Source of the DNA: Eledone cirrhosa | Taxonomy: Eukaryota | Assembly: GCA_964016885.1 (NCBI GenBank) | Contig: OZ024745.1 | Span: forward strand, 10,292,001 to 10,356,000 | DNA: 64,000 nucleotides | Reading direction: 5' to 3' | Shown: one piece after another, positions 26,641 through 39,100 of the stretch | How positions within the stretch are numbered: position 1 is the stretch's first letter | Layout of the letters: each line of letters opens with the position of its first letter | Position numbers and translations under genes: made by a program | Notes under the pieces: generated by a model | Databases searched by the model: none | Told to the model about the DNA's origin: nothing | What the model saw: only the letters and a program-made list of their open reading frames with translations

Positions 26641-27044
26641 TTAACCCTTTCAACACCAAACCAACTAGAACTAGTCTTGGTTCTACGATACAAAGCTGTT
26701 TTAACCCATTACCATTTACATTACTCTATATATACTATTATATTTTCACAGTAAAGGCTTTACCTCCCATAATATCGAATCTATGAGATTTTGATATTAT
26801 TTATTTTGTAAACAATACCTTAACATCAGTATGAGCAGCCAGTTATGGCCAGTTTGAACAGAAAAGGTCAGAGAATTCTGGCCGGATACCGTCGGTTTAA
26901 ATGCTAAAGGGTTAAACCTTTGTTAAATTATATTCCAAATATCAGATTAATAGTGAGAAAGTTAGTCACATTACTAAATCTTTTCAAACTCCTTTCAATT
27001 ATATACAGTGTCTTTCATTAAAAATATTGTAACAAATGGGTTAA
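26641..27044 (-). mobile_element. piggyBac-like MITE family A (outer element)
   Basis: TTAAcccttt ... aaatgggTTAA. Confidence 0.8.
26701..26915 (+). mobile_element. piggyBac-like MITE family B nested at a TTAA inside family A
   Basis: TTAAcccattaccattta ... taaatgctaaagggTTAA. Confidence 0.85.
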
Positions 27045-28597
27045 AGGGAAAGAGCACTGCACCCAAGCCTGTGTTAAGGACTTTCTGTAGTTGCTGTTTA
27101 CAACATACAAAAGTCCAATTTCAAACCAACCAGGAAGCTAATACTTATATCACATGAACAGTTTAAGAAGTACAAGCCAGTGTTTGCTTACAGTTTCCAT
27201 CAAACCTTTAGAGTATGAACACCACTGCTTCCAATAGTGTCTCCAACAATTATAGTATGATTTTAGTGTGGTGAGATCCAACAAAATATAATAAATTTAA
27301 AACTAGATTACAGTTCTATGGTAGAGTACCAATATATAGAATAGTCAAACAGTTCTAAACACTATCAAAAACTGACAAGGTTTCCTCACCCTCTACAGCC
27401 AATGAAATGTGTATAACAAACTAGATGAAGTCTAAAGTTAATCTTCACACATGCTTTGACAATGGATACTCAGCCAATATTTGTTTTCCTGTTTATATTG
27501 TTTCATTGATTTGATCAAACTAGGTTCAACATAAAGATAAACTAGTAGGGGACTTCTATATGAGGGGTTCAGTTTTCCATCAAACAAAGTCACATTTAAG
27601 ATGTTTATGTATCCTAGGGGGTCAATTTTAAAGCAACACCAAAGACAAATGGAACTTTCTGTCCCCACACTTTTTTATTATTATTATTATTATTTCTGTT
27701 TATAGAAAGATAGCTTTACTTAGTTCACAAGTACCTTCTTTGAACTAAGTGGGTGGTATATCATTTAACATCCTGTACCACAGGATAATGCAGAACACAT
27801 TCTAGAAAATTACAAAACAGCAACAAACATTCTAATGTAAGAGAGACAACTCTAATGAAATAAATGGATCCAAAAAGGTACTCAATACATGTATGAAAGT
27901 GATGTCTGAACGAGTATCGTCCTCTACCAACTAATTTACCCTGCACCTCTGGGTCCCAGTGGACAGGATGGAGAATACATTGCCTCAGAAGATGGCGAGG
28001 GAGACATACTGGAACAGCCATTCCACCTCGCAGTGCTCACACATGCGGGCAGCCAACTCCGCTCCGATAGCAGTCTCCACTGCTACAGGCTCTATCACAA
28101 ACCTATCACATCAGTAGGGATGTGGTACGGAGTGGCCAAGAATGTCACAAGTCTCCACTGCTACAAGCTCAATCCGAGAGCAGCTGTAATTAGTTAACAA
28201 TATACATTATACTTAACCTACTTGACTATCATTTTAAATAGTAAATTCTTTAGTATAATTCTACAAATGTTCACAATGATCTGTCCATTAGTAAAGATGC
28301 TATAAACATTTAAATTAATAAATTCATTTTTACACATTTCCTGCTAAATCATTAGAGGGTGTTAGGAGTTAATAGCGTTTTAAATATTTTAGGTTACATA
28401 GAAAAGGGAATTCCAACGGAATGTAAAACTGGATGTAATTTTTAATGTTGATATTAAAATGAAATATTTAGTGTGGCTACTAGAAATCAGGCGGGCAAAC
28501 ATATAAAGAAGCCTTTTCCTATAAAAACTTTAATGTAATGTAAATCTTTGAACAGCTTTTCTTTTGGTACTGTACAGTAAGTCAAATATACTGGCAG

Positions 28598-28840
28598 ACA
28601 GGAACCATTCTTTGTGATGGTGAAAAGACAGAAGCTTGCCTGATATGAACATATATCCAGCTACAACTCCTTGTCTAAAACTATCCTTCAGGGCACAATG
28701 GAGGGAAGGTGAAGGAGAGGCAAAGAAAATCCTAGTCTAACAACATCAAAGAGCAGACATATGACAAAGGATAGAGACCAGTGTCAAGAGCTGACTAAGT
28801 ATCTAGAGTGGCACCCCAGTTGTGGGAACTTGATTGATAT
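28598..28840 (+). mobile_element. Decayed RTE-clade LINE 3' fragment
   Basis: EPFFVMVKRQKLA*YEHISSYNSLSKTILQGTMEGR*RRG..NNIKE matches the RTE C-terminal pattern (KTILQGT.EG.RRRGR). Confidence 0.75.
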
Positions 28841-29029
28841 AGTGTAAGTTCTTAGTGAGAAAAGAAATATCAAATAGGAGTTACTACTGAGATTAACAAG
28901 TGGTAAAGTGAAGTAATGAAGAGTAATTAGTGAGGTTTGTGTTGTAGGTGTAAAAGTATTTACAGTTGACAGTTAACTGGAAGAGAAGGCTCTTGATAAA
29001 GATAAGAAAAATAGTGTGGGTAGTATAGA

Positions 29030-29485
29030 CAAATCAATGAAACTTATCATAATTTAGAGGGAGATGATCTGAAGGGAAGGACCCTATCTACACATAATAC
29101 CATATACAATAATTTGCCTTCAGCAAAACAGAACTCACACAATATGGAGTGTACAAATATTGAAGAAATGGTATATAGATTCAACAGTAAAGAGTTAGAA
29201 GTCTGAAAAAGGAATGGTAATGCTAGAGCTAGTGAAATCATCCTTATGTATCTATAAGATATTGAAGATTCAATATTGTATATGGTTATCTGTGCCTATA
29301 GTGACATTGATGGTAACAACAATGGCAGCATCACCAATGTGTACAAACATAGTAAATTACAGTAGAGTGCAGTGCATCTTGCAATAAATTAGGCTGGTGT
29401 AATTCTGTATCACATTTTATTGAAGTTAGTGGTTATTAGACCAGTGAAAGGAATATATCATATATAGGTGGAATTTTGGAACCTA
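29030..29485 (-). mobile_element. Possible highly decayed Penelope-like RT remnant
   Basis: Broken motifs in the expected order on the minus strand: GSKIPPIY, DAAIVVTINVT, RYI/DDF (frameshifted), IPFSD. Confidence 0.3.
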
Positions 29486-29599
29486 TATCAGAAACGATGG
29501 TAAAGTAAAATGGGGGTTGGGGAACCATTGGTGTTCATACTTCTAAAACTTAGGATATGTATCCATGGTAAAAAGGAAAATAATGGTTTCTGATATAGG

Positions 29600-29800
29600 T
29601 ACAAAACCAACAATTTGGAGTAAAAAGGGGAAGTCGATTAATTCAACCCTATTGCATTACTGGTACTTTATTTTATTGACCCTGTAAGGATGAAAGGCAA
29701 AGCTAATATTGGAAGGATTTGAACTCAGAGCATAAATGGTCTTAACTTTATGCTGCAAAGTATGTTGTCCAGCACTCTACTGATTCTACTGCCAATCAAC
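29600..29800 (-). mobile_element. SINE copy ('gataaaataaagtaccag' family)
   Basis: ctggtactttattttattgaccctgtaaggatgaaaggcaaag...ggatttgaactcag. Confidence 0.8.
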
Positions 29801-30764
29801 CAAAAAGAAAATAATGAGAAGTTCACATGAAGAGATGTGCACATTCATAGATATTATATTTTAAATCGACTAGGGAAGTAAATCAGTGGTAAATTCCCAG
29901 CTGAAACGTTACAGTGTTAGATATAAATCTCTGCATTATATATATATGAAATATATTGGAGTAATTTTCCCAAATCAAGATCATATTTCAGATATGAGTT
30001 TGTTGACTATCCTAATTGACTAGCATCAACCCAATTACCATAGCACCATAACGCAAAGAAACTATATGTGGCAGGATTAAAACTAATGTAGTGTTATACA
30101 GCTGAGATATAGCGATAGAGATGATCTAATTATTTTTAATATTAAATTTAGAGACCTCATTAAACACTCAGATCTTAATGTTGGCAGCAATGAAAGAAAA
30201 ACAAGATATATTTATGAGTAGGAAATTCGAGAAACAGCAATAGGCTTCTCTAAGAGATTCTGTACTACTTGAGAAGTGATGGGATTACTGAAACTATGGA
30301 ACATGCAAAATGAATCAATTACTGATCATAAAAAGATCATTAGAAACCTTTAATGAGGTTTATAACTCATGACAAATGGAAACTTAAGGATTTTGTTTTA
30401 AAAAAAGAGAGAGACCTAGTGGAGAAGATATAGAGGCAAACAGGTGTATAAGAAGAAACTATGTATAAAACTACATGACATTTTAAGGCTTAGTAAAGTA
30501 TTTAAAATAGAAGAGGATTGCAGGAGACTGGTCCATCATTTAATATCCGTTTTCTTTACTAGTAAGGGTTGGATATGTCACCACAGACCAAGTCAGTAGT
30601 CAAGTGAGCTACTGACCTCTCAGATAGGGGGCCTGCCTTGCTCACTTATGTTCCCCACACTGTACTAGATGCTCGGGTAGGCTGGGAACCTGCATCACAT
30701 TTAAAGGAATATAACTATATAACTATTGCAAGACATGTATTGGTATTCATTGATACGGAAGATA

Positions 30765-30935
30765 TGTATACTCAGCTGAAAATGAGTACCAGCAATAGCT
30801 AGGGGGTTAATACTGTGATGGGCTGGTGTCCTGTCCAGGAGGAAGTCTTGTATTCTCAGTCTCTTCACACCACAGCAACCAGGGTAAGCACCGGCCTGCT
30901 AAGCCTCCAGGCTCCAGGCAGACTTTCACACTTCA
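30765..30935 (+). mobile_element. SINE 3' part (agacttt-tail family)
   Basis: actcagctgaaaatgagtaccagcaatagc...ggcagactttcacactt; reverse complement of 61895-62065. Confidence 0.75.
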
Positions 30936-31000
30936 GATACATTTTTAGGAGAAATGATGTAGAAAGTTATTGGTGTGTGTAAAAATATTAAGAATCCAGA

Positions 31001-31533
31001 ATCCTGGAAACTGTTCAGCAACGTGCAACCAAGCACATACCCTCCATCAGACACCTACCATACTCTGAACGCCTTGCTTCCCTGGGCATGGATTCATTGA
31101 AGCTCCGAAGTCTGGCAATGGACTTGGTAAACACCCACAAAGTTATTAACCATCTCGCCAACAACAACCCTGAGCACCTTTTTGATTTCCATGTGTCTAA
31201 CACACGTGGATATGCCTACAAAATCAGAAAACAGCACAACTCCCATGACTTTCGGAAACATTTTTTTCACGCTTAGACTTGCTGAGGCATGGAACTGCCT
31301 GTGTCAGTTGTTAGCTGCCGAGACACTGCATCCTTTAAAACCCTCATGCTTCCCGAAATTCGCCAAAACTACACCTGGTGTCCCCCTTCCATACACATGC
31401 ACACGTGTATATCATGACTCATGCTGTGTTCATTTTCCTGACATTTGTACATTACCCTATGTACTATACATACACTTTTGATGAGTTGTAGTGCACCTGA
31501 GCACTGTACACAATATTTTCATTATTATTATTA
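31001..31533 (+). mobile_element. CR1-clade LINE 3' end (5'-truncated) with (ATT)n tail
   Basis: ILETVQQRATKHIPSIRHLPYSERLASLGMDSLKLR...NTRGY.YKIRK...FRKHFF/TLRLAEAWN is the typical CR1 ORF2 C-terminus. Confidence 0.85.
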
Positions 31534-31908
31534 TCAATATGTTGTGGCCACTGGTGTAATTAGTTACCAAGGTAACACTATATCCCAGGTAAAACAGGTG
31601 TTGTGACTGTTCATGTAATTAGTTACCAAGGTAACACTATATTCCAGGTATATTGTATTGTTTATTATACATTAAATTTTGCTCTGTTACTTACATGACT
31701 TTTTCAATTTTCAACGGAAACTTCAATACTTATAAATATACGGGATAAGAGATTATTGTTATAGGTAGTCCACTTAGGTGTAGTCCAGTTAGGGTACTCC
31801 GAGTAGGGGATAGTATCAACGCTTGGCTAAGTTTGACTCAACAAGGCGTTTCCATAGTGATGTTGCAAGTATGCAGTGATTTCTATGTAGTTTACACTTG
31901 GAGTAATG

Positions 31909-32162
31909 ATAAATCAAGAAAGAAGAGTGACACGGTTTGCTATACAATAAGGGCTTTAATCACATTGCTGACAATTGTTTCTCTGAGCTTGTGAGAATGC
32001 TCTGATGAATTGACTGGTTATAACTATGTATTGGTGATCGATTGACGCAGAAACAGGCGGGTAGCGATCTCTAGACCTACCAGTTCAGAGAAACAATTGT
32101 CAGCAATGTGATTAAAGCCCTTATTGTATAGCAAACCATGTCACTCTTCTTTCTTGATTTAT
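31909..32162. mobile_element. Fold-back element with 78-bp arms (1 mismatch), Penelope-like inverted termini
   Basis: 31909-31986 vs 32085-32162; the arms contain GAAACAATTGTC, the loop contains CTGATGA, and an (AT)n run follows. Confidence 0.7.
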
Positions 32163-32203
32163 ATATATATATAACCCATGCTAGCGTGGAAGATAGACGT
32201 TAA

Positions 32204-32236
<33 letters not shown>

Positions 32237-32639
32237 ATATATATTTATATATAATTTCCTAGTAGGAAATTAATAAATTGTGTAAGATATAACAACAATG
32301 ATAATTTTTCTTTTTATTTCCTAAATCCCACCAAAAAGTAGATCTCTACCAATTTATTTGATAGGATAATGCAACAATGATAATAGAGTGCCTGCTTTGA
32401 GGATACATGTTAAATATAGAAGAGAATTCAGATAAAATATAATGGATTTTAATTTACGTCAATTAAGGTAAAATTTCAGAAATGTGTTTGTAAATATATA
32501 TAAAAGCTTTTGAATTTCAGAAAGTCAATTGAATAATGTGTGTGTAGAAAATGTACAAATATATTTTTTCTTTGCAGGGTTCAAATGTTTAGGAGCACAT
32601 AACTGATTTTTAACAAACAAAAGTCCTTAAATTTAGGCA

Positions 32640-32878
32640 AGTGGGTTATAGTCAATTTAATCTACCTCAATAGGCAAGTGGTGTTATATTTCATCAATCC
32701 AGAAGGACGAAAGGTAAAGTTGACCCCACCAAGATTTGAACTTAGAATGTATATAAAGGGATATAACTGAGACCAGTTGAGCTCATGGATGTTATCCAAG
32801 CATCTTGCTCGGAATCTACCTCTGGGTCTCCTTCCAGTTGGTTTTGCCCATAAAATTTGTCCAGCAATTCTTTCCATC
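32640..32878 (-). mobile_element. RTE C-terminal fragment followed by a SINE fragment
   Basis: ERIAGQILWAKPTGRRPRGRFRARCLDNI, then ttctaagttcaaatc..ggggtcaactttacctttc. Confidence 0.65.
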
Positions 32879-32957
32879 ATAATTTTATTTGAGAAATTTT
32901 TGTTAAGTAATGTTTCAAACATCAGCTTATATAAATAATTAAACTACTCACTACATT

Positions 32958-33110
32958 CTTCATCATTGCTTTTATGTTCACTTTTCCATGCTGGGTTGAA
33001 CAGGAGTTTTTGAACTGGATACCCTTCCTAACACCAACCCACCCTTTATAATCGCTACTTACAACCCACAGAAATACTGTGTACCTATTCTAAACTAGAT
33101 ATACATGGTC
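32958..33110 (-). mobile_element. Tail and body of the retroposon from which the 52-bp array extends
   Basis: Reverse complement reads tagtttagaataggtacacagtatttctgtgggttgtaag..gttggtgttaggaagggtatccag..cctgttcaacccagcatggaaaagtgaac..atgatg. Confidence 0.75.
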
Positions 33111-36100
33111 TTACAACCCACAGAGATACAGTGTACCTATTCTAAACTAGATATACATGGTATTATGGGACAGGGATACAGTGTACCTATTCTAAACTAG
33201 ATATACATGGTATTACAACATACAGGGATACAGTGTAACTATTCTAAACTAGATATACATGGTATTACAACACAGAGATACAGTGTACCTATTCTAATCT
33301 AGGTATATATGGTCTTACAACATACAGGGATACAGTGTAACTATTCTAAACTAGATATACATGGTCTTACAACATACAGGGATACAGTGTACCTATTCTA
33401 AACTAGATATACATGGTATTACAACATACAGGGATACAGTGTACCTATTGTAAACTAGATATATATGGTATTACAACATACAGGGATACAGTGTACCTAT
33501 TCTAAACTAGATATACATGGTCTTAAAACATACAGGGATACAGTGTACCTATTCTAAACTAGATATATATGGTCTTACAACATACAGGGATACAGTGTAC
33601 CTATTGTAAACTAGATATATATGGTATTACAACATACAGGGATACAGTGTACCTATTCTAAACTAGATATATATGGTATTATGACATACAGAGATACAGT
33701 GTACCTATTCTAAACTAGATATACATGGTATTACAACATACAGGGATACAGTGTACCTATTGTAAACTAGATATACATGGTATTACAACATACAGGGATA
33801 CAGTGTACCTATTATAAACTAGATATATATGGTATTACAACATACAGAGATACGGTGTACCTATTCTAAACTAGATATACATGGTATTACAACATACTGG
33901 GATACAGTATACCTATTCTAAACTATATATATATGGTATTACAACATACAGGAACACAGTGTACCTATTCTAAACTAGATATACATGGTATTATGACATA
34001 CAGGGATACAGTGTACCTATTCTAAACTAGATATACATGGTATTATGACATACAGGGATACAGTATACCTATTCTAAACTAGATATACATGGTATTACAA
34101 CATACAGGGATACAGTGTACCTATTATAAACTAGATATATATGGTATTACAACATACAGAGATACGGTGTACCTATTCTAAACTAGATATACATGGTATT
34201 ACAACATACTGGGATACAGTATACCTATTCTAAACTATATATATATGGTATTACAACATACAGGAACACAGTGTACCTATTCTAAACTAGATATACATGG
34301 TATTATGACATACAGGGATACAGTGTACCTATTCTAAACTAGATATACATGGTATTATGACATACAGGGATACAGTATACCTATTCTAAACTAGATATAT
34401 ATGGTATTACAACATACAGGGATACAGTGTACCTATTCTAAACTAGATATACATGGTATTATGACATACAGGGATACAGTGTACCTATTCTAAACTAGAT
34501 ATACATGGTATTACAACATACAGGGATACAGTGAACCTATTCTAAACTAGATATACATGGTCTTATGACATACAGGGATACAGTGTACCTATTCTAAACT
34601 AGATGTATATGGTATTACAACATACAGGGATACAGTGTACCTATTCTAAACTAGATATATATGGTATTACAACATACAGGGATACAGTGTACCTATTCTA
34701 AACTAGATATACATGGTATTACAACGTACAGGGATACAGTGAACCTATTCTAAACTAGATATACATGGTCTTATGACATACAGGGATACAGTGAACCTAT
34801 TCTAAACTAGATGTACATGGTCATATGACATACAGGGATACAGTGTACCTATTCTAAACTAGATATACATGGTATTATGATATACAGGGATACAGTGTAC
34901 CTATTCTAATCTAGATATACATGGTATTACAACATACAGGGATACAGTGTACCTATTCTAAACTAGATATATATGGTATTACAACATACAGGGATACAGT
35001 GTACCTATTCTAAACTAGATATACATGGTATTATGACATACAGGGATACAGTGTACCTATTGTAAACTAGATATACATGGTCTTACAACATACAGGGATA
35101 CAGTGTACCTATTCTAAACTAGATATACATGGTATTACAACATACAGGGATACAGTGTACCTATTCTAAACTAGATATACATGGTATTACAACATACAGG
35201 GATACAGTGTACCTATTCTAAACTAGATATACATGGTATTACAACATACAGGGATACAGTGTACCTATTCTAAACTAGATATACATGGTATTATGACATA
35301 CAGGGATACAGTGTACCTATTCGAAACTAGATATATATGGTATTACAACATACAGAGATACAGTGTACCTATTCTAAACTAGATATACATGGTATTAAAA
35401 CATACAGGGATACAGTGTATCTATTGTAAACTAGATATACATGGTATTACAACATACAGGATATAGTGTACCTATTCTAAACTAGATATATATGGTATTA
35501 TGACATACAGGGATACAGTGTACCTATTCTAAACTAGATATACATGGTATTACAACATACAGGGATACAGTGTACCTATTGTAAACTAGATATACATGGT
35601 ATTACAACATACAGGGATACAGTGTACCTATTCTAAACTAGATATATATGGTATTACGACATACAGAGATACAGTGTACCAATTCTAAACTAGATATACA
35701 TGGTATTACAACATACCGGGATACAGTGTACCTATTCTAAACTAGATATACATGGTATTACAACATACAGGGATACAGTGTACCTATTCTAAACTAGATA
35801 TACATGGTATTACAACGTACAGGGATACAGTGAACCTATTCTAAACTAGATATACATGGTCTTATGACATACAGGGATACAGTGAACCTATTCTAAACTA
35901 GATGTACATGGTCATATGACATACAGGGATACAGTGTACCTATTCAAAACTAGATATACATGGTATTATGACATACAGGGATACAGTGTACCTATTGTAA
36001 ACTAGATATACATGGTCTTACAACATACAGGGATACAGTGTACCTATTCTAAACTAGATATACATGGTATTACAACATACAGGGATACAGTGTACCTATT

Positions 36101-39100
36101 CTAAACTAGATATACATGGTATTACAACATACAGGGATACAGTGTACCTATTCTGAACTAGATATACATGGTATTACAACATACAGGGATATAGTGAACC
36201 TATTCTAAACTAGATATACATGGTATTATGACATACAGGGATACAGTGTACCTATTCTAAACTAGATATATATGGTATTACAACATACAGAGATACAGTG
36301 TACCTATTCTAAACTAGATATACATGGTATTAAAACATACAGGGATACAGTGTACCTATTGTAAACTAGATATACATGGTCTTACAACATACTGGGATAC
36401 AGTGTACCTATTCTAAACTAGATATACATGGTATTACAACATACAGGGATACAGTGTACCTATTCTGAACTAGATATACATGGTATTACAACATACAGGG
36501 ATACAGTGTACCTATTCTAAACTAGATATACATGGTATTACAACATACAGGGATAAAGTGTACCTATTCTAAACTAGATATACATGGTATTACAACATAC
36601 AGGGATACAGTGTACCTATTCTAAACTTGATATATATGGTCTTACAACATACAGGGATACAGTGTACCTATTCTAAACTTGATATATATGGTATTACAAC
36701 ATACAAGGATACAGTGTACCTATTCTAAACTAGATATACTAGGTATTATGACATACAGGGATACAGTGTACCTATTCTAAACTAGATATACATGGTATTA
36801 CAACATACAGGGATACAGTGTACCTATTGGAAACTAGATATACATGGTATTACAACATACAGGGATACAGTGTACCTATTCTAAACTAGATATATATGGT
36901 ATTACAACATACTGGGATACAGTATACCTATTCTAAACTATATATATATATGGTATTACAACATACAGGGACACAGTGTACCTATTCTAAACTAGATATA
37001 CATGGTATTATGACATACAGGAATACAGTGTACCTATTCTAAACTAGATATACATGGTATTATGACATACAGGGATACAGTATACCTATTCTAAACTAGA
37101 TATATATGGTATTACAACATACAGGGATACAGTGTACCTATTCTAAACTAGATATACATGGTATTATGACATACAGGGATACAGTGTACCTATTCTAAAC
37201 TAGATATACATGGTATTACAACATACAGGGATACAGTGAACCTATTCTAAACTAGATATACATGGTCTTATGACATACAGGGATACTGTGTACCTATTCT
37301 AAACTAGATGTATATGGTATTACAACATACAGGGATACAGTGTACCTATTCTAAACTAGATATACATGGTATTACAACGTACAGGGATACAGTGAACCTA
37401 TTCTAAACTAGATATACATGGTCTTATGACATACAGGGATACAGTGAACCTATTCTAAACTAGATGTACATGGTCATATGACATACAGAGATACAGTGTA
37501 CCTATTCTAAACTAGATATACATGGTATTATGATATACAGGGATACAGTGTACCTATTCTAATCTAGATATACATGGTATTACAACATACAGGGATACAG
37601 TGTACCTATTCTAAACTAGATATATAAGGTATTACAACATACAGGGATACAGTGTACCTATTCTAAACTAGATATACATGGTATTATGACATACAGGGAT
37701 ACAGTGTACCTATTGTAAACTAGATATACATGGTCTTACAACATACAGGGATACAGTGTACCTATTCTAAACTAGATATACATGGTATTATGATATACAG
37801 GGATACAGTGTACCTATTCTAATCTAGATATACATGGTATTACAACATACAGGGATACAGTGTACCTATTCTAAACTAGATATATATGGTATTACAACAT
37901 ACAGGGATACAGTGTACCTATTCTAAACTAGATATACATGGTATTATGACATACAGGGATACAGTGTACCTATTCTAAACTAGATATACATGGTATTATG
38001 ACATACAGGGATACAGTATACCTATTCTGAACTAGATATATATGGTATTACAACATACAGGGATACAGTGTACCTATTCTAAACTAGATATACATGGTAT
38101 TATGACATACAGGGATACAGTGTACCTATTCTAAACTAGATATACATGGTATTACAACGTACAGGGATACAGTGAACCTATTCTAAACTAGATATACATG
38201 GTCTTATGACATACAGGGATACAGTGAACCTATTCTAAACTAGATGTACATGGTCATATGACATACAGGGATACAGTGTACCTATTCTAAACTAGATATA
38301 CATGGTATTATGATATACAGGGATACAGTGTACCTATTCTAATCTAGATATACATGGTATTACAACATACAGGGATACAGTGTACCTATTCTAAACTAGA
38401 TATATATGGTATTACAACATACAGGGATACAGTGTACCTATTCTAAACTAGATATACATGGTATTATGACATACAGGGATACAGTGTACCTATTGTAAAC
38501 TAGATATACATGGTCTTACAACATACAGGGATACAGTGTACCTATTCTAAACTAGATATACATGGTATTACAACATACAGGGATACAGTGTACCTATTCT
38601 AAACTAGATATACATGGTATTACAACATACAGGGATACAGTGTACCTATTCTAAACTAGATATACATGGTATTACAACATACAGGGATACAGTGTACCTA
38701 TTCTAAACTAGATATACATGGTATAATGACATACAGGGATACAGTGTACCTATTCTAAACTAGATATATATAGTATTACAACATACAGAGATACAGTGTA
38801 CCTATTCTAAACTAGATATACATGGTATTAAAACATACAGGGATACAGTGTACCTATTGTAAACTAGATATACATGGTATTACAACATACAGGATATAGT
38901 GTACCTATTCTAAACTAGATATATATGGTATTATGACATACAGGGATACAGTGTACCTATTCTAAACTAGATATACATGGTATTATGACATACAGGGATA
39001 CAGTGTACCTATTGTAAACTAGATATACATGGTCTTACAACATACAGGGATACAGTGTTCCTATTCTAAACTAGATATACATGGTATTATGATATACAGG

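Noticed and set aside
27589-27604. 16-bp match gtcacatttaagatgt to the 41-bp unit
   Set aside because: The similarity does not extend into the flanks, so it cannot be distinguished from chance.
27761-27850. SLTLECLLLFCNFLEC as the citron N-terminal exon
   Set aside because: Lacks the LD motif, runs into a stop and has no suitable phase-1 donor.
31690-31760. Minus-strand gtaag donor as the missing upstream exon
   Set aside because: In-frame TGA a few codons upstream in the required phase.
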